Part shown: positions 30,082 through 39,670 of the stretch, one piece after another
Numbering within the stretch: the stretch's first letter is position 1
How the letters are laid out: every line of letters starts with the position of its first letter
DNA from: Candidatus Eiseniibacteriota bacterium
Lineage (GTDB): Bacteria; Eisenbacteria; RBG-16-71-46
Direction of reading: 5' to 3'
Assembly (NCBI GenBank): GCA_038231135.1
Contig: JBBRLX010000011.1
Span: forward strand, 1 to 64,000
Length of the DNA stretch: 64,000 bases
Position numbers and translations under genes: made by a program
Notes under the pieces: generated by a model
Databases searched by the model: none
Told to the model about the DNA's origin: nothing
What the model saw: the letters and a program-made list of their open reading frames with translations, nothing else

Positions 30082-31428
30082 ATGTCTGCCGTCACGCGGA
30101 TGCACCCGATCCTGCTCACCGCCACCTTCGCCACGGCGGTCGTGTCGTTGTGGATCGCGACCCCGGCCCATGCCGCAACCGGCGCCGTGGGTGGCGGTGT
30201 GCTCCCCATCCTGCTCGGACTCGTGGTGATTCTCGTGGGTGCGCTGCTCGGTGGCGCCGCGTTCGCGCGCTTCGGGCAATCCCCGGTGCTCGGCGAGTTG
30301 CTCGCGGGGCTCGTGCTCGGGAACCTGGGGCTCGTGGGCTTCCACGGCGTCGATTCGCTGAAGACGCTGCCGGGGCTCGAGTTGCTGGCCGAGCTGGGCG
30401 TGCTGTTTCTGCTGTTCGAGGTCGGGCTGGAATCGAACGTGCAGCAACTGCTCGCGGTCGGCGGCTCGTCGCTGCTCGTGGCGCTGCTCGGGGTGATCAC
30501 GCCGATGGCGCTGGGCTACGGCTGCTCGGCGCTGTTCCTGCCCGGGCAGACTCCGCTCACGTACGTGTTCGTGGGTGCGATCCTGTGCGCGACGAGCGTG
30601 GGAATCACGGCCCGGGTGCTCGCGGGGCTCGGGCGCACGGACAGCCTGGAGGGCCGCATCATCCTCGGCGCCGCCGTGATCGACGACGTGCTCGGGCTGA
30701 TCGTGCTCGCCGTCGTGTCCGGCATCATCACCGCCGCGGACGCCGGGCGAACGTTCGCGCCCGGCGCCGCGGCCCTGATCCTGGCGAAGGCGGTGGGGTT
30801 TCTCGCCGGCGCGATCGTGATCGGCCGCTGGATCTCGAAGCGCGTGTTCCGCGCCGCCGGGTTCCTCGGAACCGACGGCGCCCTGCTCGGCGTGGCACTG
30901 GCGTTCTGCTTCACGCTGGCGTGGCTGGCCGGCCGGCTCGGGCTCGCCCCGATCGTCGGCGCGTTCGCGGCCGGCCTGGTGCTCGACCGCGCGCACTACC
31001 GGACGCTGCAGCAGCGTGATCCCCGGAATCGCGACGTGCGGCAACTCATCGAGCCGCTGGGGGCATTCCTAGTGCCGGTGTTCTTCGTGCTGATGGGCAT
31101 GCGTGTCGATCTCGCGGTGTTCGCCACGCCCGGCGTGCTGATGTTCGCGCTGGCGCTTACGGTGGCGGCGGTGCTCGGCAAACAGGTGTGCGGACTCGGC
31201 GTTCTCGACCGCGGTGTCGACCGGATCGCCGTGGGTCTCGGCATGATCCCGCGCGGCGAAGTGGGTCTGATCTTCGCCGGCATCGGCACGACGCTGCGCA
31301 TCGGCGGCGTACGGGTCGTGGACGACACGGTGTTCGCCGCGGCGATCGTGGTGATCGCGCTCACCACGTTCATGACGCCGCCGCTGCTCACGTGGCGGTT
31401 CGGCCGCGGTCGCAGGGCGTCCCCATGA
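30082..31428 (+). CDS. Cation:proton antiporter, CPA2 family
   Basis: GELLAGLVLG, LLFEVGLE, ATSVGIT, AAVIDD, GMIPRGEV. Confidence 0.9.
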   Translation: MSAVTRMHPILLTATFATAVVSLWIATPAHAATGAVGGGVLPILLGLVVILVGALLGGAAFARFGQSPVLGELLAGLVLGNLGLVGFHGVDSLKTLPGLELLAELGVLFLLFEVGLESNVQQLLAVGGSSLLVALLGVITPMALGYGCSALFLPGQTPLTYVFVGAILCATSVGITARVLAGLGRTDSLEGRIILGAAVIDDVLGLIVLAVVSGIITAADAGRTFAPGAAALILAKAVGFLAGAIVIGRWISKRVFRAAGFLGTDGALLGVALAFCFTLAWLAGRLGLAPIVGAFAAGLVLDRAHYRTLQQRDPRNRDVRQLIEPLGAFLVPVFFVLMGMRVDLAVFATPGVLMFALALTVAAVLGKQVCGLGVLDRGVDRIAVGLGMIPRGEVGLIFAGIGTTLRIGGVRVVDDTVFAAAIVVIALTTFMTPPLLTWRFGRGRRASP

Positions 31429-32498
31429 CCGGCAAGCTCACGCCCGCCGAATTCCATCGTTCGATCGCCGGCCGCCTCGGCGCGGAGCGCGGCGAGGTGC
31501 TGTTCGGCCCGCGCCCGGGCGGTGACGCGGCGATCGTGCGCGCCGGCGCGGGGCGCGTGCTGGCGGTCACCACCGATCCCCTGTCGCTGGTCCCGGCGCT
31601 CGGGCCCGAACGCTCCGCGCGCCTCGCGTGCCGGCTCGTGGCGTCCGATCTGTGGACCACCGGGATCCCGCCCGCGTTCGCGGCGGTCACACTCAACCTG
31701 CCGCCCGAGTTCGCGGCGGACACGCTCGATCGCTACCTCGAGGCGGCGCACGCCGCATGGCGCGAGCTCGACGTCGCGGTCGTCACCGGCCACACCGGCC
31801 GCTACGATGGCTGCGGGCTCACGATCGTGGGCGCGGCGACGGTGATGGGCATGGGAGACGAGGGCCGCTGGGTGGGGCCGCCGTTCGTGCAACCGGGCGA
31901 TCGCGTGCTGATCACGCGCGACTGCGCGGTCGAGGCCACGGCGATCGCGGCGCACCTGATGCCGGTGCGGTTCCTGGCGGCGCTGGCGGCGCGGCCCGAA
32001 CCGCACGACCCCGACGCGGTGCTGGCCCGGGCGCGCGCGTCGCTGGACCAGGTGAGCGTGGTCGAGCACTGCCGCGCCGCCGTGCGGGTCGGTGTCCGCG
32101 ATCGCGGCGTCAGCGCGCTCCACGACGCGACGGAAGGCGGCGTGCTGGGCGCGCTCATCGAGCTCGCCGGCGCCGCTGGGCACGACCTGCGCATCGAGCG
32201 CGCGCGGATTCCTCTGTCCGTTGAGGCGCGGGCGGCGTGTGCCGCGTTCGGCATCGATCCCTACTGGACGCTGAGCGAGGGCACGCTCATTGTGTGCGCT
32301 CGGCCGGCCCATGCGGCGGCGGTGGCGCGGTCGCTGGCCGACGCGGGCATCCCGGCGTTCGAGGTGGGTGAGGTGGTGCGCGGCCATGGCACGCTGTGGC
32401 TCACCGAACCCGGCGGTGAGATCACGCAGTGGACCGAGCCCGAACCCGACCCCTACTGGCCCGCGTACGCGCGTGCCGTGCGGGAGGGCTGGCAGTGA
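31425..32498 (+). CDS. AIR synthase/PurM-like (HypE-related) protein
   Basis: ATG overlaps the antiporter stop; GP.PGGDAA, TTDP, ASDL, GHTG, LHDATEGG, SEGTL. Confidence 0.8.
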   Translation: MTGKLTPAEFHRSIAGRLGAERGEVLFGPRPGGDAAIVRAGAGRVLAVTTDPLSLVPALGPERSARLACRLVASDLWTTGIPPAFAAVTLNLPPEFAADTLDRYLEAAHAAWRELDVAVVTGHTGRYDGCGLTIVGAATVMGMGDEGRWVGPPFVQPGDRVLITRDCAVEATAIAAHLMPVRFLAALAARPEPHDPDAVLARARASLDQVSVVEHCRAAVRVGVRDRGVSALHDATEGGVLGALIELAGAAGHDLRIERARIPLSVEARAACAAFGIDPYWTLSEGTLIVCARPAHAAAVARSLADAGIPAFEVGEVVRGHGTLWLTEPGGEITQWTEPEPDPYWPAYARAVREGWQ

Positions 32499-32555
32499 GC
32501 GCGCAGCCGCGACGCAGGCGGCCATGACCCTGCGTGAGACGGGGAGACGAGGCAC

Positions 32556-32714
32556 ATGAACGTACTGCGGGTGCTGCAGCGGATTCCGGCCGTGGTCGTC
32601 GCGCTCGGAGTCGTCGTGGGCGCGGGCGTGATCGTCCTGGGTCATCTGCTGGCGAAGGCCCAGGTGGCGCGTGGGCCTCGCCGCGCGGCCGTGATCGGAC
32701 GCGCGCCGTCGTGA
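32556..32714 (+). CDS. Small single-TM protein (52 aa; below ORF-track cutoff)
   Basis: MNVLRVLQRIPAVVVALGVVVGAGVIVLGHLLAK...; GGGGAG/GAGG RBS; stop overlaps the next GTG. Confidence 0.5.
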   Translation: MNVLRVLQRIPAVVVALGVVVGAGVIVLGHLLAKAQVARGPRRAAVIGRAPS

Positions 32715-33607
32715 CGCTGCGCACCAGCATGACCGTGGGCGAGGCGGCCCGCGAAGTCGGGCGCATCCTCGACGAGTTCGCGGCGCCGATCCTGGTGGCA
32801 CTCGTGATCGCTGTCGCGTCGCTGGCGGCGTTCGCGGCGTTGCGCGCCTACGAGGACGCGCAGATCCGGCGGGTGCTCGACATCGAGGGCCGCTACCTCG
32901 CGGGCGCGATGGCGGCCGGTCTCGAGCAACGGGTGCTCGCGATCCGTGGCCTCGCCCGCCAGTGGGAGACGGTCGCGGCGCCCGACTCCGACCGGTGGGC
33001 GGCGGATGCCCGCGCGCTGATGGCGCAGGATGCCGTGGTGCGCGGGGTCGAATGGCGCGACGCCGAATTCGGGCTGCGCTGGAGCACGCCGATCACCGCG
33101 AAGCTGCCGAACGGGGATCTCGATCCGGAGACCGACCCCGATCGCGTGAGCGCGGCGGCGATCGTGGCCGTGCATGCCGAGGGCTCGGTCGCCGGGAGCT
33201 TCCCCGGGGCGCGTGGCGGCCGCAACGTCGTGTTCGCGGCGCCCATGACGCGCGACGGGCGGCGCGAAGGCGTGCTCACGGCGGTCACGCGCGCGCGGGA
33301 CCTGATCGACACGATCGTCGCCGCGGAGGCGCGGCGCGGGTTTTCGATCGCGGTCCGCGAGGGGCCGTACCGCGTCTACGGTCCGATGGCTTCGGCGGAG
33401 GGTCCCGAGGCCGAGCTGTGGTGGCGTTCGACCGTGACCCAGGTCGGCGACCTCCAGTGGGTGATCGAATACTGGCCGTCCGTCGACCTGATGGACGGTC
33501 TGCGGTCCCTTGGACCGGCGTTCGTGCTGGTGGGAGGATTGTTGCTGGCAGCGATGATGGCCGGGATGGTCCGGACACGGGAGCTGTCGCTCAGGGGGCG
33601 GGCGTGA
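32711..33607 (+). CDS. Membrane protein TM-CHASE/Cache-like sensor-TM with no cytoplasmic output domain
   Basis: Two TM segments flank a ~220-aa extracytoplasmic domain resembling kinase sensor regions; stop about 10 aa after TM2. Confidence 0.6.
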   Translation: MTLRTSMTVGEAAREVGRILDEFAAPILVALVIAVASLAAFAALRAYEDAQIRRVLDIEGRYLAGAMAAGLEQRVLAIRGLARQWETVAAPDSDRWAADARALMAQDAVVRGVEWRDAEFGLRWSTPITAKLPNGDLDPETDPDRVSAAAIVAVHAEGSVAGSFPGARGGRNVVFAAPMTRDGRREGVLTAVTRARDLIDTIVAAEARRGFSIAVREGPYRVYGPMASAEGPEAELWWRSTVTQVGDLQWVIEYWPSVDLMDGLRSLGPAFVLVGGLLLAAMMAGMVRTRELSLRGRA

Positions 33608-34560
33608 GTCGGCTGGCCGCAGTGTTCGGCATGCTGGTGATCGCCATGACGCCGCGTCCGGCGTTCGGCTGGGGGGCGCCCGGTGGCGGTCCGGGTGAAT
33701 TCGCCGCGCCGACCGGGATCGTGATCGACCATCACGACCGTGTGCTCGTGATGGATACCAACAACGCCCGCATTCAGCGATTCACGATCGATGGCTCGTA
33801 CATCGACGGCTGGGGCTCGGAGGGCGCGGCCCCCGGCCAGTTCCAGAATGCCGAGTTTCTCGCCGTCGACACGAACGACACGGTGTTCGTCGCGGATTTC
33901 CGCAACAACCGCGTGCAGGTGTTCTCGCCCGAGGGCGTGTTCGTGCGCCAGTGGGGCATGCTGGGGGCGGGCACGGGCCAGTTCCACAGCCCGCTCGGCA
34001 TCGCCGTCGCATCCGACGGCCGGGTCTACGTGAGCGACACCGGGAACCACCGCGTCCAGATGTTCACGGGTACCGGCCAGTGGCTCGGCCAGTTCGGCGG
34101 CGGTGGGGTGGTGCCCGGCAAGTTCGGCATCCCTGCCGGCATCGCGATCGACCTGAACGGCCGCGTGCTGGTGGCGGACTACACGAATCACCGCATCCAG
34201 CGGTTCACGGCAGACGGCGTCTACGTGGACGGCTTCGGCGAACTGGGTTCCAAGGCGGGGCAGTTGAACCTGCCGATCGCGGTGGCCGTGGCGGGCAACG
34301 GGCCGATCCTGGTGGCGGAGGCGGGCAACATGCGGGTGCAGCGGTTCGATGCCACGGGTGCGCCGACGGGCTTCCTGAGCGAGGGCCTGGAGGCCCCGTT
34401 CGGCGTGACGATCGACGGGGCGGGCATGGTGCTCGTGGCCGAGACGGCGGCCAACCGCATCACGCCGTTTGCCGACCCCAGCACGCCCGCGCGCCGAACG
34501 ACCTGGGGGGCCCTCAAGCGGCGGTTCGGGCCGGACAACGAAAACGGGCGGCCGCGCTGA
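33604..34560 (+). CDS. Secreted NHL-repeat beta-propeller with C-terminal TWGxLK motif
   Basis: About 6 repeats G.F..P.GIA.D...V.V.D..N.R(I/V)Q.F; GTG overlaps the upstream stop; tail TPARRTTWGALKRRF. Confidence 0.85.
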   Translation: MSRLAAVFGMLVIAMTPRPAFGWGAPGGGPGEFAAPTGIVIDHHDRVLVMDTNNARIQRFTIDGSYIDGWGSEGAAPGQFQNAEFLAVDTNDTVFVADFRNNRVQVFSPEGVFVRQWGMLGAGTGQFHSPLGIAVASDGRVYVSDTGNHRVQMFTGTGQWLGQFGGGGVVPGKFGIPAGIAIDLNGRVLVADYTNHRIQRFTADGVYVDGFGELGSKAGQLNLPIAVAVAGNGPILVAEAGNMRVQRFDATGAPTGFLSEGLEAPFGVTIDGAGMVLVAETAANRITPFADPSTPARRTTWGALKRRFGPDNENGRPR

Positions 34561-34593
34561 CGCGACCACCCGTTCGATTCCTGGGGTGCGACC

Positions 34594-34704
34594 TCAACCG
34601 GCGTGCATCGCCTGGATCCCGAGCAACAGCATGATCACGAACACCAGCAGGCCAATCAGCGACCGATCGAGCAGTTTGAAGACGTGCCTCTTACCGGATT
34701 CCAT
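34594..34704 (-). CDS. Small single-TM peptide (36 aa)
   Basis: MESGKRHVFKLLDRSLIGLLVFVIMLLLGIQAMHAG; GAGGA RBS. Confidence 0.4.
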   Translation of the reverse strand: MESGKRHVFKLLDRSLIGLLVFVIMLLLGIQAMHAG

Positions 34705-35003
34705 ACCATCCTCGGAAGTGACGAGCGAGATGCATTCCAGATCGAAGTGGATTGCATACAAACTTCGTGCCCGGAGAGCCATGATGCCGGGTGAATCGCT
34801 CCGGCGAGCGCGCCGCCCGGCGGGAGCCGTTTCGCCCATGATCCATGCGGCCCGCGGCCGCCTGCCGATCGTGACGCCGTGCGGAACCGGGGCCCCGTCC
34901 GCCGCGATCGTCCGGCGCCCGGGCAGCGAGTCTCGGTGTTCGCAACGCTTCCGCTTGCAAACTGCATGCGCCCCGGGGAATCTGTGGCGGTGAGCCCCCC
35001 CGC

Positions 35004-36683
35004 ATGCTGATCGCCGCCATCGACATCGGAACGAACTCGATCCACATGGTGATCGCGCGGGCCGCGGGCCCCGGCGCGTTCGAGGTGGTGGATCGCGAGC
35101 GCGAGGTGGTCCAGATCGGCCGTGGCTCGTTCGGCAAGGGCCGCCTGCGCGCCGAGGCCATCCAGCGCACGGTCGAGGCGCTGGCGCGGTTCGTCCAGCT
35201 CGCGCGCCGGCACCAGGTGGACAAGATCCTGTGCACGGCCACGGCGGCGGTCCGCGAGGCCAGGAACGGCGGCGACTTCCTCACCGCCGCGCGGGCGGTG
35301 GCGGGGCTGACGCCGCGGGTGATCCCGGCCGAGGAGGAAGGCCGCCTGATCTACCTCGGCGTCAAGAGCGCGCTGCGGCTGCCGGCCCGGCCATCGCTGA
35401 TCGTCGACATCGGCGGCGGCAGCGTCCAGCTCGTGGTCGGCACGCGCGCCGAGTTGAAGTATGCGGGCAGCGCGCCGCTGGGGGCGCTGCGGCTCACCGA
35501 GCGGCTGCTCAAGACCGATCCGCCGACGCGCCGGGAGCTGGCGCGGCTGTCGCGCACGGTGCGCAAGGGGTTGCGGCCCGAGATCAAGGCGATCGCGGCA
35601 CTCAAGCCGCGGCGGGCCTATGGCTCGTCGGGCTCGATCCACGCGCTCGCCCACCTCGCCCACGCGCTCGAGACCGGCAAGCCGGTGCGCCAGATCAACG
35701 GCCACGTGCTCCGCGTGGAGGCGCTCGGCCGGGTGGTGCGCCGGCTGCGCAAGATGACCGAAGCCGAGATCCAGCGGCTGCCGGGCATCGACGCCCGCCG
35801 CGCCGAGATCATCCTGCCGGGGGCCGTGGTGCTGGCCGAAGTGCTGGAAGGCGCGGGGCTCGATCGCATCACGATCTCCGATTTCGGCGTGCGCGAGGGG
35901 CTCGTCACCGACTACGTGGCGTCGCATGCGCACGAGATCTCGCGGCTGGATTCCGTCGACGATCTCAGGCTGCGCAGCGTGCTCCACCTGGCGACGCGGT
36001 TCGAGTCGGACATCAAGCACGCCGAGCACGTGGCGCGGCTGGCGCTCAAACTGTTCGATGAGCTGGACGGCATCCACCCGCTGGCCGCCGGCGACCGGGA
36101 GACGCTGCGGTACGCGGCGCTGCTGCACGATGTGGGCGCGTCGATCGGCTACGACGATCATCCCGAGCATTCGCACTACATCATCCGTCACGGCAATCTC
36201 AGGGGATTCCAGGCCGGCGAGATCGATCGCATCGCGGGGGTGGCGCGGTTCCACAGCAAGTCGCGGCCGCGCAAGAGCGACCGTCGCTACCGCGAGCTCG
36301 ACAAGCCCGGCCGGCGCGTCGTGCGCTGGCTGGCCGCGATGCTGCGCATTGCCGAGGGGCTCGACCGCAGCCACTATCAGCTCGTGAAGGACCTGGTGGT
36401 GCGCCGCGGGCGGAATGGGCTGACGATCGCCGTCTCCTACCGGCGCGACGCCCAGCTCGAGCTGTGGGCGGCGGCGCGGCGCACCGATCTGCTGGAGCAG
36501 CTCGCCGGCATGCCGGTGCGCATCATACTTCAGCGGGCCGCCGCAAAATCTGCCAGGCGGCCCAGTCTCGAGCGACGGCGCACGGTCGCTCGCGCCGCCG
36601 CACGCCCGACCGGGCGGGCGCCCAAACGTACCGTCCCGCGCCTCGTCGTGCGCGCGGCCACTCGCAAAGGAGCTGCCGCATGA
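35004..36683 (+). CDS. ppx: Ppx/GppA exopolyphosphatase with HD domain
   Basis: IDIGTNS, ATAAVREA, EEEGRL, DIGGGS, GVREG, ALLHDVG; Arg-rich tail. Confidence 0.92.
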   Translation: MLIAAIDIGTNSIHMVIARAAGPGAFEVVDREREVVQIGRGSFGKGRLRAEAIQRTVEALARFVQLARRHQVDKILCTATAAVREARNGGDFLTAARAVAGLTPRVIPAEEEGRLIYLGVKSALRLPARPSLIVDIGGGSVQLVVGTRAELKYAGSAPLGALRLTERLLKTDPPTRRELARLSRTVRKGLRPEIKAIAALKPRRAYGSSGSIHALAHLAHALETGKPVRQINGHVLRVEALGRVVRRLRKMTEAEIQRLPGIDARRAEIILPGAVVLAEVLEGAGLDRITISDFGVREGLVTDYVASHAHEISRLDSVDDLRLRSVLHLATRFESDIKHAEHVARLALKLFDELDGIHPLAAGDRETLRYAALLHDVGASIGYDDHPEHSHYIIRHGNLRGFQAGEIDRIAGVARFHSKSRPRKSDRRYRELDKPGRRVVRWLAAMLRIAEGLDRSHYQLVKDLVVRRGRNGLTIAVSYRRDAQLELWAAARRTDLLEQLAGMPVRIILQRAAAKSARRPSLERRRTVARAAARPTGRAPKRTVPRLVVRAATRKGAAA

Positions 36684-38095
36684 ACCGTCCCCGAATCGTC
36701 TCGGCCACGCTGGCATGGATGGTGGCGTGCGCGTGTGTGGCAAGTGTCGCCGCAGCCCCGGTGAAGCCGAACGTCGCCCCGCGGCGCGCGGCCGCGGCGC
36801 ACCCGGCGGCCCGGCATCACGCCGCCGGCGGCACCGCCGCCGCGGCTCCGCGGGGCGCCGCCGCGCTGCCGGTGGAGCTCGTCGAGACCGTTCCCGTCGA
36901 GACCGCGATCGGCAACCCCGAGCTGCGCCAGGCGCGCGACGTGTGGGTCGAGATGATCCGCAGCGCGCGGCACACGATCGATCTCGAGGAATTCTACGTG
37001 ACGACGTGGCCGGGCGAGCCGCTGGAGCCGGTGCTGCGGGCGCTCGGCGACGCCGTGCGGCGCGGCGTGCGCGTACGGATGCTCGTCGATCTGCACATGG
37101 GCGCCACCTATCCTCAGCCGCTCGATTCGCTCGCGACCGTCCATGGCTTCGAGGTGCGACGGCTCGACATGCGGCGCATCGCGGGCGGCGTCCAGCACTC
37201 GAAGTACTTCCTGATCGACGGCGAGCAGGTGTTCATGGGCAGCCAGAACCTCGACTGGCGGTCGCTCGCGCACGTCCACGAACTGGGCGTGCGGGTGCGG
37301 GACGCGCGCGTGGCGAGCGATTTCGCGGAGGTGTTCGCGTGGGACTGGCAGGCCGCCGATACCACGACGTGGACCGAACGCCCGGCGCCGCGGCCGGTCC
37401 GCGGCCAGCCGCTCGTCCGCAAGCTGCCGGCGCCGCCCGTGCAGCATGCGCTCGCCGTGCCGTTGCGCATCGTTCAGAGCGCGGGCGACACGGTCGTCGT
37501 GTGGCCGAGCTACACGCCGCGCGGCTGGATCCCCGATTCGACCCGGTTCGATCTCGACGTGCTGACGAACCTGATCGATCGCGCCCGGAGCGAGATCGTC
37601 GTCCAGCTGCTCACCTACTCGCTGGAAGAATACGGCGACGTCGATTCCACACTCGACCTGGCGCTGCGGGCCGCGGCCGCCCGCGGCGTGCACGTGAAGC
37701 TGCTGATCTCGGACTGGGAGACGGACGGGAAAGGCATCACCGCGCTGCAGCGGCTGTCGCAGGTGCCCAACATCGAGGCCCGGTTGTCGACGTTGCCGCC
37801 ATGGAGCGGCGGGTACATTCCGTTCGCCCGCGTCGAACACTGCAAGTACCTGGTGGCCGACACCGCACGCGTGTGGGTGGGCACGGCGAACTGGAGCCCG
37901 GGCTACTTCTTCGGCACCCGCAATCTCGCGCTCACGCTCGAGAACGCGCGGCTCGCGGCGCAGGCGCGGCGGGTGTTCGAGGCGAGCTGGACGGCACCGT
38001 CGGCGGCGCCGGTGCAGGCCGGGATCGTCTACGAGCCGAAGGTGCGGGGGCTGAAGCCGCCCGCGGACTGGCACGGGAAGGTGTACGGGAACTGA
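36680..38095 (+). CDS. Secreted phospholipase D superfamily protein (two HKD motifs)
   Basis: QHSKYFLIDG..GSQN and EHCKYLVAD..GTAN; signal peptide; ATG overlaps the ppx stop. Confidence 0.87.
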   Translation: MNRPRIVSATLAWMVACACVASVAAAPVKPNVAPRRAAAAHPAARHHAAGGTAAAAPRGAAALPVELVETVPVETAIGNPELRQARDVWVEMIRSARHTIDLEEFYVTTWPGEPLEPVLRALGDAVRRGVRVRMLVDLHMGATYPQPLDSLATVHGFEVRRLDMRRIAGGVQHSKYFLIDGEQVFMGSQNLDWRSLAHVHELGVRVRDARVASDFAEVFAWDWQAADTTTWTERPAPRPVRGQPLVRKLPAPPVQHALAVPLRIVQSAGDTVVVWPSYTPRGWIPDSTRFDLDVLTNLIDRARSEIVVQLLTYSLEEYGDVDSTLDLALRAAAARGVHVKLLISDWETDGKGITALQRLSQVPNIEARLSTLPPWSGGYIPFARVEHCKYLVADTARVWVGTANWSPGYFFGTRNLALTLENARLAAQARRVFEASWTAPSAAPVQAGIVYEPKVRGLKPPADWHGKVYGN

Positions 38096-38945
38096 GCCAC
38101 GCCGTGTCGCCGGTCCGGGCCAGGAATTGCGCCAGCGCTTGATCGCGATCACGGGCCAGTGCCAAGAGTAGCGGCCGCGCGGCCGTGGCTCGCGGCCGGT
38201 CGCCGCGGGTAAGCCGCCGGATCACCGCGATCAGGCCCGCCGCGTCGTTCGCGTCCCCCAGGTCCCGCTGCAACGCCGCGAGTCCCTGGGGCCACCCCGA
38301 ATCCTCGCCGGTGACCCGGGTCCACGCGTCGATCGCGTAGCGCAGCTTCTTCACGGCGATCCGGGCGTCGTGCCGCAGCTCGCCCGTGGCGCCGGGCGCG
38401 GCGGCGGCGCGCAGCGCCGCGCGAGTCCGTGCCACGCCGCGCGTGAGGCGCGCTCGTGCGCGCTCGAGCATGGCGGCATCGGGCCGGGCGCCGTGGAACG
38501 CGGCGCGCACGTCGCGATCGATGCGGAGCACTTGCCGCCGGGCGACGGCCTGTTGCGTGTCGCGGCGCAACCGCCGGACGTGACGCCACAGCACGGCCGC
38601 CAGCGGGCGCAGTGCGGTGCGCGCGAGTCCGGGTAGCGCCGCCACGCGCGCGGCGAGTGCCGCGGCATGGACCTCCGCCTCGCGCACCGGGCCCAGCGTG
38701 CGGCGGACGTCCCGCAACCGCTCCTGCGCCGACCGGCGCGGCTTGCCATGCAGCAGCGGCCGCCAGGTGCGGAGCGCCGCGGTGAGGCGCCGGGCGGCGA
38801 CCCGCACGTCGTGCACGGCGTCGGGGTCGGTGTCGCGCGGTCCGACGGCGCGACGGCGCCGGGTCCGCTGCGCGGCACGATCGAACCTGGCGAGCAGCCG
38901 GAACGCGTCGGGCGCCACGCCGTGGTGGCGGTGCGGGCGCGCCAT
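37932..38945 (-). CDS. CHAD domain (polyphosphate-binding) protein
   Basis: VHDVRVAARRL, LGPVREAEV, HDARIAVKKLRY, LQRDLGDAND; very Arg-rich. Confidence 0.85.
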   Translation of the reverse strand: MARPHRHHGVAPDAFRLLARFDRAAQRTRRRRAVGPRDTDPDAVHDVRVAARRLTAALRTWRPLLHGKPRRSAQERLRDVRRTLGPVREAEVHAAALAARVAALPGLARTALRPLAAVLWRHVRRLRRDTQQAVARRQVLRIDRDVRAAFHGARPDAAMLERARARLTRGVARTRAALRAAAAPGATGELRHDARIAVKKLRYAIDAWTRVTGEDSGWPQGLAALQRDLGDANDAAGLIAVIRRLTRGDRPRATAARPLLLALARDRDQALAQFLARTGDTAWLSSRTPSRASPRAASAPAPSARRRSRPAPAPPTVPSSSPRTPAAPAPRAARSRA

Positions 38946-38950
38946 CGCGG

Positions 38951-39670
38951 TCAGCCCGCCGGCCGGGGCTCGGCCTGGGGCTCGGACGATGTGAGCAGCA
39001 TCGACACCCGCTGGGCCAGGTCCGCGGCGTTCACCTCCACCGACCGGGTGGCGTCGAGCGTCTCGAAGCCGAACTCGCTAGCCAGCGTGTCCAGCTCCTG
39101 CACCACGCGCCGCTGATAGTTCATGAACGAGTCGTAGAGATCCTCGCCCATCGGCAGGTCCATGCCGGATTCCCAGTAGTCGAAGCCGCCCTGCGCCAGC
39201 ACCCGCGGCACCAGCCCTTCGACGTCGATGCGCAGGTAGAACACGGCGTCCGGCTTGAGGGCGAACGAATACACGTCCTTGATCCACTCGGGATCGGCGC
39301 CGCGCACGATCGCGCGCGAGATCAGCGAGTAGATGTAGCGGTCGGTGAGCATCACGAAGCCGGCGCGCAGCGCGGGCACGATCTGACGTTCGAGCCGGTC
39401 CGCGAAATCGGTGGCGTAGTAGAGATTGAACGCGTTCGCGCCGAGCGTGTTGCCCTGCTTCGCGCGGTTGATGCCGCGGCTCGCGAGGTCGGACCGCGAC
39501 AACCCGGTCTCGGCCACCGCGTAGCCCAACTGCTCGAGATGCGTGCGCAGCAGGGCGACCTGCGTGGAGCGCCCCACGCCGTCCGTGCCTTCGATCACGA
39601 TCAGCCAGCCCGACAGCTCCGCCGCATCGAGGCCCGGAATCCCCGGGCCGTAGGACGTGAAGCGGCTCAT
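38951..39670 (-). CDS. Thymidylate-kinase-like protein, degenerate P-loop (candidate PPK3 non-catalytic subunit)
   Basis: IEGTDGVGRSTQ (Lys to Arg), ATDFADRLE, LTDRYIYS, WESGMD. Confidence 0.8.
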   Translation of the reverse strand: MSRFTSYGPGIPGLDAAELSGWLIVIEGTDGVGRSTQVALLRTHLEQLGYAVAETGLSRSDLASRGINRAKQGNTLGANAFNLYYATDFADRLERQIVPALRAGFVMLTDRYIYSLISRAIVRGADPEWIKDVYSFALKPDAVFYLRIDVEGLVPRVLAQGGFDYWESGMDLPMGEDLYDSFMNYQRRVVQELDTLASEFGFETLDATRSVEVNAADLAQRVSMLLTSSEPQAEPRPAG

